Shown piece after piece: positions 8,637 through 15,946 of a stretch of 64,000 nucleotides of DNA; the stretch's first letter is position 1, and every line of letters begins with the position of its first letter. Made by a program: the position numbers and the translations under genes. Location: IMG/VR virus record IMGVR_UViG_3300043446_002688; one strand, given 5' to 3'. The notes below the pieces were generated by a model. It had not been told where the DNA came from. It searched no databases and saw only the letters and a list, made by a program, of their open reading frames with translations. This stretch comes from a virus.

Positions 8637-9599
8637 ATGGCTTTACCATCAAGTGGTGCTATAAGTTTTTATGATTTACAAAACGAATTCGGTGGTTCAA
8701 ATCCTATTGGAATAAACGAATACTACATGAATGGTGGTATTGTTCCTAACGGCACGATAAATGTAAACAACAACTCTTTACCAACTTCGGGTCAAATAAG
8801 TCTCAGTACTTTTTATGGATCTAAACAGATTCCCACATCTTTATCTGTTAGAGCATTGATAGTCGGTGGAGGCGGCGGTGGACATTCCCGTTATTCTGGT
8901 GATAATAACGCTATGAACGGTGGCGGCGGTGCTGGTGGCGTAGTTGATGCAACTTTTAATTTGCCTAAAGGATCATACACATTCATTATTGGTTCGGGTG
9001 GTTATCAAAGTAGTGGTGGAGATACTTTAGCTTTTGGATACACTGCTTATGGTGGTGGCATGGGTGGTGGATCTGATGGTCAACCAGGTTTTGATGGTGG
9101 TTCAGGAGGCGGCGGTGCCGGTACCAGAGGCGGTAATGCTGCATCAGGTAATTCAATACAACCAAATCCAACAAGTGGTGATTATGGCAATCAACCAGCT
9201 TATGGTAATGCTGGTGGTTATTATTCTGGTTCTGGTGGCGGTGCAGGTGGTGCAGGCTCAGGTATCAATGGCGGTCCAGGTAGACAATGGATAAACGGAA
9301 TATATTATGCTGGCGGCGGTGGTAATTCATATGGTGGTGCTGGCGGCATAGGTGGTGGTGGTACTGGACCAGGTCAAAACGCATTTTACTACGGCGGCGG
9401 AGGTAGTGGTGCTTCAAGTAGAAACGGCGGCCTAGATGCAACTTACGGTTATCAAGGTATCGTGATAGTTTCATATCAATGGGACTTCCAACTTATGTCG
9501 GGTGGTTCTGTCACATTTGTTAACGGCAGTGGAGGTCCAGGTGCTACATATAGATACTACCATACCTTCACATCAAGTTCGCAGTACCTTACTTTTTAA
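8637..9599 (+). CDS. Glycine-rich adhesin / tail-fibre tip-like protein
   Basis: N-terminus MALPSSGAISFYDLQNEFGGSNPIGINEYY; LIVGGGGGG...GGGGAGG...GSGG polyglycine loops; C-terminal GIVIVSY. Confidence 0.75.
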   Translation: MALPSSGAISFYDLQNEFGGSNPIGINEYYMNGGIVPNGTINVNNNSLPTSGQISLSTFYGSKQIPTSLSVRALIVGGGGGGHSRYSGDNNAMNGGGGAGGVVDATFNLPKGSYTFIIGSGGYQSSGGDTLAFGYTAYGGGMGGGSDGQPGFDGGSGGGGAGTRGGNAASGNSIQPNPTSGDYGNQPAYGNAGGYYSGSGGGAGGAGSGINGGPGRQWINGIYYAGGGGNSYGGAGGIGGGGTGPGQNAFYYGGGGSGASSRNGGLDATYGYQGIVIVSYQWDFQLMSGGSVTFVNGSGGPGATYRYYHTFTSSSQYLTF

Positions 9600-9615
9600 T
9601 TTTTAGGATTTTATA

Positions 9616-10176
9616 ATGTTAAATATAATTGATGATTTTGTTAAACCTCGTGTTCAAGATGAGATAGAAAAAATATTGACGGGAACAAATTTCCCCTATT
9701 TTTATAGTACTGAGTCTGTTCATTTAGATATCACCGATACTGTAATGCCAGATAGTAATGCTCTCGATGTGCCACAATTTTTTCATATGTTTGTTATAGA
9801 TGGAAAAATAAATTCACAACATTACAATGTAGTCTCACCAGTTACAAATAAACTAACTGAAACGCTTGATGAGGATTGTTATATACTCCGTTGTAAGGTT
9901 AATCTGAATACACTCGACACACGATTTGGTGACAGATACCATACACCACATATTGATAATGCTTTTGAAGAACAACTAACAGCAATCTATTATGTGAATG
10001 ACTCTGACGGCGATACCTATTTCTTTGATGAAAATGGAAAAGTTGCTCAGAGACTTACACCCAAAAAAGGACGATTGGTTTGGTGGAAGGGTAGAATCTT
10101 TCATGCAAAATCGTCACCCATTAAAACACCACAGAGACTTGTATTAAATATTAATATGTTGCCATTTAATCGTTGA
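9616..10176 (+). CDS. 2OG-Fe(II) dioxygenase
   Basis: HxD (HTPHID), TAIYYVNDSDGDTYFF, PKKGRLVWW, distal H (FHA) and R (RLVLNIN). Confidence 0.85.
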   Translation: MLNIIDDFVKPRVQDEIEKILTGTNFPYFYSTESVHLDITDTVMPDSNALDVPQFFHMFVIDGKINSQHYNVVSPVTNKLTETLDEDCYILRCKVNLNTLDTRFGDRYHTPHIDNAFEEQLTAIYYVNDSDGDTYFFDENGKVAQRLTPKKGRLVWWKGRIFHAKSSPIKTPQRLVLNINMLPFNR

Positions 10177-11078
10177 TTGATATGACGAATGAGAAATTGA
10201 TAATTATTGTACCTGATGACCATTATCACAAAAAACATAACTACACATTTCTTGTATATGATTTTGAAAATGGAAATTTAATACACAAAAGTCCATACAA
10301 TCCTGATTTAGATTGTAAAGAATTGGAAGGTCAAGGTAGACCAACTTTTAGACCTTATGGCATAACATATGATGATGATTACATATACATTGCCTCACAT
10401 AAAAAAATTGCAAAGTATGATAGAAAAACTTTTGAGTATTGTGGATTAGTTGGCATATCAATGTATATTAACACACATAGAATGTTAAAGAGTGGTGATG
10501 ACTTTTATGTGACACATACATCAGTCAATACAATTGGTGTCCATGGCAAAACAAACAAATATTTTAATGTCGTTTCTTTTGAATGGGTTGAAGCACCTGA
10601 ACATCCAGATGCAGCTGAGAGCCATGACATTACACACCTAAATTCTATAACAGAACATGAAGGAAAAATTTATTTTTGCCTAAACAATTTAAGTGTGAGG
10701 CCTTCAGAATTTGGTTATTTGAATAAAGCCACAGGTGAACACACAATGATTGGATCAGCTGGTGCTGGTTGCCATGATTTGCAAATTATAGACAATAAAC
10801 TATATTCATTATCAACTTCTACGGGTCATATTATTGAAATTGATTTGGCCACACGACAAACATCACAATATAAAGTTGTTAAAAAACTAAAAACATTCTT
10901 GCGTGGTATGGATGCATTAGACGGTAAAATAATTTTTATCGGTTCCAACCACTATTCACATGGTATTGTTGAAATGAATAATTGTTTCGTTGCCAGTTTT
11001 GATATATCAACAAAACAAACTAAACGACTATTCAATATCACTCATGCGGACACAGTTGCCTGTATGAAACTGGTATAA
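10173..11078 (+). CDS. Beta-propeller protein (DUF4915/TIGR03032-like)
   Basis: Blade motifs RPYGIT, THLNSI, GCHDLQ, FLRGM; start probably ATG near 10182. Confidence 0.55.
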   Translation: MIDMTNEKLIIIVPDDHYHKKHNYTFLVYDFENGNLIHKSPYNPDLDCKELEGQGRPTFRPYGITYDDDYIYIASHKKIAKYDRKTFEYCGLVGISMYINTHRMLKSGDDFYVTHTSVNTIGVHGKTNKYFNVVSFEWVEAPEHPDAAESHDITHLNSITEHEGKIYFCLNNLSVRPSEFGYLNKATGEHTMIGSAGAGCHDLQIIDNKLYSLSTSTGHIIEIDLATRQTSQYKVVKKLKTFLRGMDALDGKIIFIGSNHYSHGIVEMNNCFVASFDISTKQTKRLFNITHADTVACMKLV

Positions 11079-11091
11079 GTAAAATTTGGTG

Positions 11092-11120
11092 TTGCCAAAT
11101 TACAAAGAATGATATATAAT
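11092..11120 (+). promoter_or_regulatory. Sigma70-type promoter of the tmRNA gene
   Basis: TTGCCA 11092-11097, N17, TATAAT 11115-11120; predicted start near 11127. Confidence 0.85.
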
Positions 11121-11126
11121 CCTTAT

Positions 11127-11430
11127 ATGGTTGTATGAAGCAACTTGAAAAGTATTCTGGACGGGGGTTCGACTCCCCCCATCTCCACCAAAAACATTCT
11201 TCCACTCTAACGGGATAGGAGTTGGCCACCTTAAACGGTCGAAGTTTGTTTTTGATGGGGATGCCATGGTTTCGACAGGGTAAAGAGTATAGAAGTGGAC
11301 AACTTATCAGAGAAGATATAAAAACTAAATCAAAGTAAATGCAAATGACGAAAGTTACCGCATTGCTGCCTAATTGAGGCACTAGGGTTTTTGACAGTTT
11401 ATCCTCGTAACAGAATTAAACTGTCTTTTT
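11127..11430 (+). ncRNA. ssrA: Circularly permuted two-piece tmRNA: acceptor piece about 11127-11190, intervening segment 11191-11256, coding piece 11257-about 11430
   Basis: T-arm GGGGG-TTCGACT-CCCCC 11163-11179; CATCTCC-A-CCA 11180-11190 pairs with GGGGATG 11257-11263 giving G3-U70; P2 pairings AGGGTA/TATTCT and ACAAC/GTTGT; tag ORF 11341-11373 ANDESYRIAA*. Confidence 0.95.
11393..11430 (+). terminator. Hairpin plus U-tract ending the tmRNA coding piece
   Basis: GACAGTTTA / TAAACTGTC stem followed by TTTTT. Confidence 0.8.
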
Positions 11431-11805
11431 GGTGTGTTGATTGTTTGATGGTTTACCAAGTCTAGCAATTGACATTTTTTGTAAAGTTTCTTGTGAGTAA
11501 ATGTTTTTCTTGCCTTTGTTCCAAGGTTCAGTTCCAACTGGCCTGCCATTTTTGAGATTGTAGTATTTTTTACCAAACTCAGATTCTTTAATCATGCGAA
11601 GAAATCTAGCCTCTTCTTTTCTGGCTGTCTTCCTATCATTAAAGGTTTTGATTATTTTACGTTTGAAGTCGTTAGGTCTGTATTGGTGTTCTCCATTGAA
11701 CCAACGTGATGAAGATATATAACCATCGGTTATGTTTCCTTCATGCATACCAACATAGAACATTTTTCGGCATTTGTCGTACCAGATGTATAAAAAGTAT
11801 TGCAT
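11416..11805 (-). mobile_element. Free-standing GIY-YIG homing endonuclease (Seg-like) with NUMOD3-like tail
   Basis: Start ATG 11805 with GGAGGA SD; FLYIWYDKCRKMFYVGMH, GYISSS, FKRKII, E..FL, YYNLK, PWNKGKK, SQETLQKMS. Confidence 0.85.
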
Positions 11806-11834
11806 TATAATCCTCCAAGATATATAATGTATAT

Positions 11835-11907
11835 AGTAAACGCAAACTTTTAAGTTTGCATTTACAGGGTTTGCTCGTAGGTTTTCCCAGTAACAGAATA
11901 AGCCTAC
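11835..11907 (+). repeat. Diverged second copy of the tmRNA resume region and 3' hairpin
   Basis: AGTAAACGCAAAC vs AGTAAATGCAAAT; AGGGTTT in both; GTAACAGAAT at 11407-11416 and 11890-11899, each inside a different stem. Confidence 0.65.
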
Positions 11908-11934
11908 TACTATGTTTAACAACTAGGAGTTTTA

Positions 11935-12486
11935 ATGAAGAAAATCTTATTCGCAACTTTGGCCTCTTTGGCATTCGCCGCATCAGCAGCAGACTATGTT
12001 TCTGTTGATGTTGATAATGTATTGGGTCGTAACGGCGCAAAAGACAGCACAGCACAATATATCCGTGCTGGTAAAGAAATTGGTGGCATCCAGTATGGCC
12101 TACAAGGTCGTACCGCTACAATGAAAGACAACTCAGGTATTTTATCTAGTGTTGAAGTTACAGCAGCAAACAACAAATTCAATGTTGCAGGTGTAACACC
12201 ATTCGTTGGTGTTGGCCATGACAATGGATTCAATGGTGGTACTGCATATAACTATGGTCTTGTTGGTGCAACCTATGGATTGAAAGCAGGTCCAGGTTTC
12301 TTGTTGACTGGTGTTAAGACTCGTGTTGGTTCTACCGAACACGGCGCTCGCACTAAGCAAACAGTTGGTTTCGCTACATACAGCATTCCAGTTGCTAAGA
12401 ATGTTGCATTTAACTTGAACGCAAGCCGTTCTGGTCAAACCATCAAAGAGAACGCATTTGGCGTTGGTTTGGGTTTTAGTTTCTAA
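11935..12486 (+). CDS. Secreted outer-membrane beta-barrel (porin/OMP-like) protein
   Basis: Signal peptide MKKILFATLASLAFAASA; alternating amphipathic strands; C-terminal GVGLGFSF (BAM-type terminal Phe). Confidence 0.7.
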   Translation: MKKILFATLASLAFAASAADYVSVDVDNVLGRNGAKDSTAQYIRAGKEIGGIQYGLQGRTATMKDNSGILSSVEVTAANNKFNVAGVTPFVGVGHDNGFNGGTAYNYGLVGATYGLKAGPGFLLTGVKTRVGSTEHGARTKQTVGFATYSIPVAKNVAFNLNASRSGQTIKENAFGVGLGFSF

Positions 12487-12501
12487 AAACCTAAATAATA
12501 A

Positions 12502-12547
12502 ATCCTCTAAAGGATCGTGGTTGGAGGTAACCACGTTAACAACCTCT
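12502..12547 (+). promoter_or_regulatory. Structured 5' leader (two hairpins, possible H-type pseudoknot)
   Basis: ATCCT/AGGAT; CGTGGTT/AACCACG with loop GGAGGT complementary to ACCTCT 12542-12547; CTAAATA upstream. Confidence 0.45.
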
Positions 12548-12566
12548 CATCATAAAGGAGAAAAAA

Positions 12567-13046
12567 ATGAAGAAATTCATTCTAATAACTCTGTTTGCGA
12601 TGTTACCTGTAGTTTCACATCAGCAACCTTTATCAGAAACACAGGAAGTATCCATGGATATGGCCAAACAAATTCTATGCATGGCCAAGAATCTATATTA
12701 CGAAGCAGCCAAAGAACCATTTGAAGGTAAACTGGCAGTGGCACAAGTCACAATGAATCGTGCAAACAGTCCGCAATTCCCTAAAACCGTTTGTGAAGTT
12801 GTCTATCAAAAGACTAACAACACATACCAATTCAGTTGGGTCGGTGAAAAAGTGGGAAAAGTTACCAACGAGTATGCATGGCAAGAATGTATGATTGTAG
12901 CAAGGATGGCCTTGACAGAATACAAACTGCATGATACAATATACAGAACGAAAGCAATGTATTATCACAACACATCGGTGAACCCCGCATGGAAGTTGAA
13001 ATATGTTGCCAAGATTGGTAACCATTTATTTTACACACGAGCATAA
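12567..13046 (+). CDS. SleB-like cell-wall hydrolase (Hydrolase_2)
   Basis: Signal peptide; CMAKNLYYEA..EPFEGKLAVAQVTMNR...FPKTVCEVVYQ...QFSW; IGNHLFY. Confidence 0.92.
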   Translation: MKKFILITLFAMLPVVSHQQPLSETQEVSMDMAKQILCMAKNLYYEAAKEPFEGKLAVAQVTMNRANSPQFPKTVCEVVYQKTNNTYQFSWVGEKVGKVTNEYAWQECMIVARMALTEYKLHDTIYRTKAMYYHNTSVNPAWKLKYVAKIGNHLFYTRA

Positions 13047-13267
13047 TGCCTACAAAGAATGAAATTAGTGAATTTAGTGATTTGGTCAATAAGATAGCCG
13101 ATGAACATGGCATGACAAGGATGGATGCAATTATTCACCATTGCGAGCAAACTGGCATGGAAGTGGATGTTGCATCTACCCTCATATCTTCAGCACTTAA
13201 ATCTAAAATCCGTGAGGAAGCACAAGAGCTTAATCTACTAAAGAAAACAGCACGATTGCCTCTATGA
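13046..13267 (+). CDS. gp33: Late transcription co-activator gp33-like
   Basis: DAIIHHCE...VASTLISSALKSKIREEAQELNLLKKTARLPL; located upstream of gp59 and gp32. Confidence 0.75.
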   Translation: MPTKNEISEFSDLVNKIADEHGMTRMDAIIHHCEQTGMEVDVASTLISSALKSKIREEAQELNLLKKTARLPL

Positions 13268-13845
13268 TTGAATTGATGCAAGTGAAAACACCAGAACAAA
13301 AAGAACTGGTGAAGAATATTATTGAAAACAATCATTCATATGTACCTACGAATTCTTCCGTTGGCCGTAGAATAGATTGGTTGATATATCACCAAGAAGA
13401 AGATATGGTTCTGCCTGAATGTATTGGCATGATTGGCCTTGGTTCGTCTGTATATCCACCACCAAAGGATATACTGCGGCATCTTGGCATGTCTAAGCAA
13501 GAATATAAAGTGGCTTTCAATAGTATTGCCAACAACTGGCGTTTCTGTTTCAGTAAAAGAATCAAAAATGCTGGCACGCAAGTATTGAAACAACTTAGAC
13601 AGAAAGCACCAGGTGCATGGAAAGAAAAATATGGTGATGACCTTAGGTGTATAATCACCTTTGTGGGTGCAGGTAAAAACGGTGCAGTATATTTGGCCGA
13701 TAATTGGAAACAAATCGGTGAAACTGCTGGACTTCCTGCACACAAGTCATCTTCTATGAAATGGCACACAGGTGAAGAACTGAAAGAATTATTTGTTAAA
13801 CCAACAGGTGAAAACAAAAAGATAATTTTGATTAAGGATTTGTAA
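13264..13845 (+). CDS. Mom/DUF4338(DruA)-like putative GNAT-fold protein
   Basis: NNWRF...NAGTQVL...WKEKYGDDL...ITFVG...GAVYLADNWKQIGETAG resembles the GxxYxAxNWxxxGxTxG motif. Confidence 0.55.
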   Translation: MIELMQVKTPEQKELVKNIIENNHSYVPTNSSVGRRIDWLIYHQEEDMVLPECIGMIGLGSSVYPPPKDILRHLGMSKQEYKVAFNSIANNWRFCFSKRIKNAGTQVLKQLRQKAPGAWKEKYGDDLRCIITFVGAGKNGAVYLADNWKQIGETAGLPAHKSSSMKWHTGEELKELFVKPTGENKKIILIKDL

Positions 13846-13846
13846 T

Positions 13847-14467
13847 GTGATAACCGAAAACACGGGTTTCGCTTCTTTTGCTTTATACAATGCGATTAAA
13901 CTTCATTTTACTTCTGATAGTTACGATTTTTTTAAGTATGGTGGCAAAACCAACGTATCAAAGTCCAACTTTGCCGTTCGGAAGGACAAGTATTCATTCT
14001 ACAAACTATCCAGAAAATATAACCTACAGGATTTGAGGGATTATTATATTGCCAATTTCCTGGTAAAGAATGTTTCTTGGATTGGTGAGATTGCCAACGA
14101 AGAAGGTGAGTCCAATTACAAAGAATGGCAAAAAAGAAACCAGAGCTTGACATATCGGTTCAAAGAAGATATAATGTATATACTTGATGAAACAGATGGA
14201 AATCCAAATGAATCATTAAAGGTTGTAGACGGACAACATCCACAATTATTGCGATATGTGTGGGGCCACGATGTTAGTATTGAAACATTGGTGATACTGA
14301 ACAACATTCTAAATTTCTTACCAATGTGGGACAAAAAGATTACAGACACAATCGTTTGGCCCGAATGGAAAAGAAAGATTGATAGTTATAGTCCGTTTGT
14401 AAATTATGATAAGGACAAGTTTGTGTCCATTTTGAAAGAAAGTTTAAAAGACTATGCTGATAGATAA
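13847..14467 (+). CDS. gp59: Helicase loader gp59
   Basis: LYNAIKLHFTSDSYDFFKYGGKT...F..RKDKYSFYKLSRKY; IETLVIL. Confidence 0.9.
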   Translation: MITENTGFASFALYNAIKLHFTSDSYDFFKYGGKTNVSKSNFAVRKDKYSFYKLSRKYNLQDLRDYYIANFLVKNVSWIGEIANEEGESNYKEWQKRNQSLTYRFKEDIMYILDETDGNPNESLKVVDGQHPQLLRYVWGHDVSIETLVILNNILNFLPMWDKKITDTIVWPEWKRKIDSYSPFVNYDKDKFVSILKESLKDYADR

Positions 14468-14954
14468 AATCTATGTTGATATGGATGGAGTTCTATGTAA
14501 CTTTGAGAAACGATATACAGAACTATATGGCCATATTTCTGATGATGTTCGCCGTAGCACATTCAGGTCAAACTTTACAAACTTCATTGAGACTGACCAG
14601 TTTGCAACATTGGAAATTATGGAAGATGCTCGTTTCTTAATTGATGCACTAGACTTCTATGTTATGCCAAAAGAGATTCTATCATCTACCGCATACGAAG
14701 AAGTGTATGAAAGCATTTCAATGCAAAAGGCTCGTTGGCTTGCAACACACAACATTTCCTGGAAACAAAACTTTGTACCTGGAAAGAGGCACAAGTACAA
14801 ATGGGCAACACCAACTTCTGTGATTATTGATGATACACCAAGTGTTATTGATGATTGGAGAAAAGCAGGTGGGATTGGTATTCTTCACAAGAATACTGAA
14901 CAAACCTTGGCAGAGTTAAAATGCTGCCTAAATAAAGATATACATTATGCATAA
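14454..14954 (+). CDS. HAD-family 5'(3')-nucleotidase
   Basis: IYVDMDGVL motif I, ILSST, K..WL, IIDDT, W..AGGIGILH. Confidence 0.85.
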   Translation: MLIDKIYVDMDGVLCNFEKRYTELYGHISDDVRRSTFRSNFTNFIETDQFATLEIMEDARFLIDALDFYVMPKEILSSTAYEEVYESISMQKARWLATHNISWKQNFVPGKRHKYKWATPTSVIIDDTPSVIDDWRKAGGIGILHKNTEQTLAELKCCLNKDIHYA

Positions 14955-14961
14955 AGTGGAC

Positions 14962-14992
14962 AATCCGTTTATATTCCGTTATATTCCGTTTA
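14962..14992 (+). repeat. Three tandem about 10-nt repeats (ATATTCCGTT) in the gp32 leader
   Basis: aatccgttt, atattccgtt, atattccgtt just before the SD. Confidence 0.75.
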
Positions 14993-15011
14993 ATAAGAAA
15001 GAAGGTAAATT

Positions 15012-15896
15012 ATGGTAGATTTCGCCAAATTGAAAAAGAGTTCAGGCAATCTGGACAAACTCACTAAAGCCGTAGAAGCACTCAACGCTTCGTCAGACGG
15101 TAAATCCGACAAAGAGAACTATTGGAGACCAGAAGTAGATAAAGCCGGTAACGGTATGGCTACTATTCGTTTCTTGCCAGCTGCAGCAGTAGATGGTGAT
15201 GATGGTCTGCCTTGGGCAAAAATCTTTGAACATGGATTTCAGGGACCTGGTGGTTGGTTAATCGACAAATGTTTAACCACAAAAGGTCAACAATGTCCTG
15301 TTTGCGAACACAACAACAAATTGTGGAACTCAGGCATTGAAGCGAACAAAGATATTGTTCGTAAGCAAAAGCGTAAACTAAGTTACATCGCCAATGTGTA
15401 TATCGTATCTGATCCAAAGCATCCAGAAAACGAGGGCAAAGTTAAATTGTTCAAGTTCGGTGCCAAGATTTTTGAGAAGATTACAGAGGCAATGAACCCA
15501 CAGTTTGAAGATGAAACACCAATCAATCCATTTGATTTGTGGAAAGGTGCCAACTTCAAGTTGAAGATTACTAAAGTTGCTGGTTATCAGAACTATGACA
15601 AGTCTGAATTTATGTCACCATCAGCACTGTTGGATGACGATGATGAACTTGAAAAGATTTGGAAGTCTCAACACTCATTGTCAGTATTGACAGAGGACAA
15701 AGAATTCAAATCATATGATGACTTGAAGGCTCGTTTGGATAAAGTTTTGGGTGCAACAGAAATGCCTAAGACTACTGTTGAACAGGTTAAGGCTGCTGCA
15801 CCAAAAGCAAAAGTTGCTGCTGATGATGCACCTTGGGAACCAGATGTGTCTGAAGATGACGATATGGCATACTTCTCTAAGTTAGCCGAAGATTAA
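15012..15896 (+). CDS. gp32: Single-stranded DNA-binding protein gp32
   Basis: YWRPEVDKAGNGMATIRFLP, HGFQGPGGW, C..T.GQQCPVCE, LFKFGAKIF, NPFDLWKGANFKLKI, acidic tail YFSKLAED. Confidence 0.97.
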   Translation: MVDFAKLKKSSGNLDKLTKAVEALNASSDGKSDKENYWRPEVDKAGNGMATIRFLPAAAVDGDDGLPWAKIFEHGFQGPGGWLIDKCLTTKGQQCPVCEHNNKLWNSGIEANKDIVRKQKRKLSYIANVYIVSDPKHPENEGKVKLFKFGAKIFEKITEAMNPQFEDETPINPFDLWKGANFKLKITKVAGYQNYDKSEFMSPSALLDDDDELEKIWKSQHSLSVLTEDKEFKSYDDLKARLDKVLGATEMPKTTVEQVKAAAPKAKVAADDAPWEPDVSEDDDMAYFSKLAED

Positions 15897-15916
15897 ACTG
15901 TTGTCGTAAACCGTTT

Positions 15917-15941
15917 AACCCCGCCTAGTGCGGGGTTTTTT
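15917..15941 (+). terminator. Rho-independent terminator after gp32
   Basis: AACCCCGC-CTAGT-GCGGGGTT followed by a T-run. Confidence 0.9.
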
Positions 15942-15946
15942 ATTGG

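Noticed and set aside
8637-9599. Collagen-like protein as substrate of the adjacent oxygenase
   Set aside because: Glycines occur as runs, not Gly-X-Y triplets
11163-11190. tRNA gene (T-arm plus CCA)
   Set aside because: No upstream acceptor strand, D-arm or anticodon arm; the partner strand lies downstream, so it is the tmRNA acceptor piece
11038-11382. Minus-strand 114-aa ORF
   Set aside because: WWRWGESNPRP is the typical antisense translation of a tRNA-like T-arm; shadow of ssrA
11416-11805. Group I intron hosting the GIY-YIG gene
   Set aside because: No interrupted CDS and no room for a catalytic core; the ORF is antisense to its flanks
11393-11907. Integrase-type attL/attR duplication at ssrA
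   Set aside because: No integrase; the duplicated part is the coding-piece tail, not the T-arm/acceptor end, and is too diverged for an att core
11806-11922. N-terminal extension of the GIY-YIG ORF in the track
   Set aside because: A strong GGAGGA SD precedes ATG 11805 and the extension crosses structured non-coding sequence
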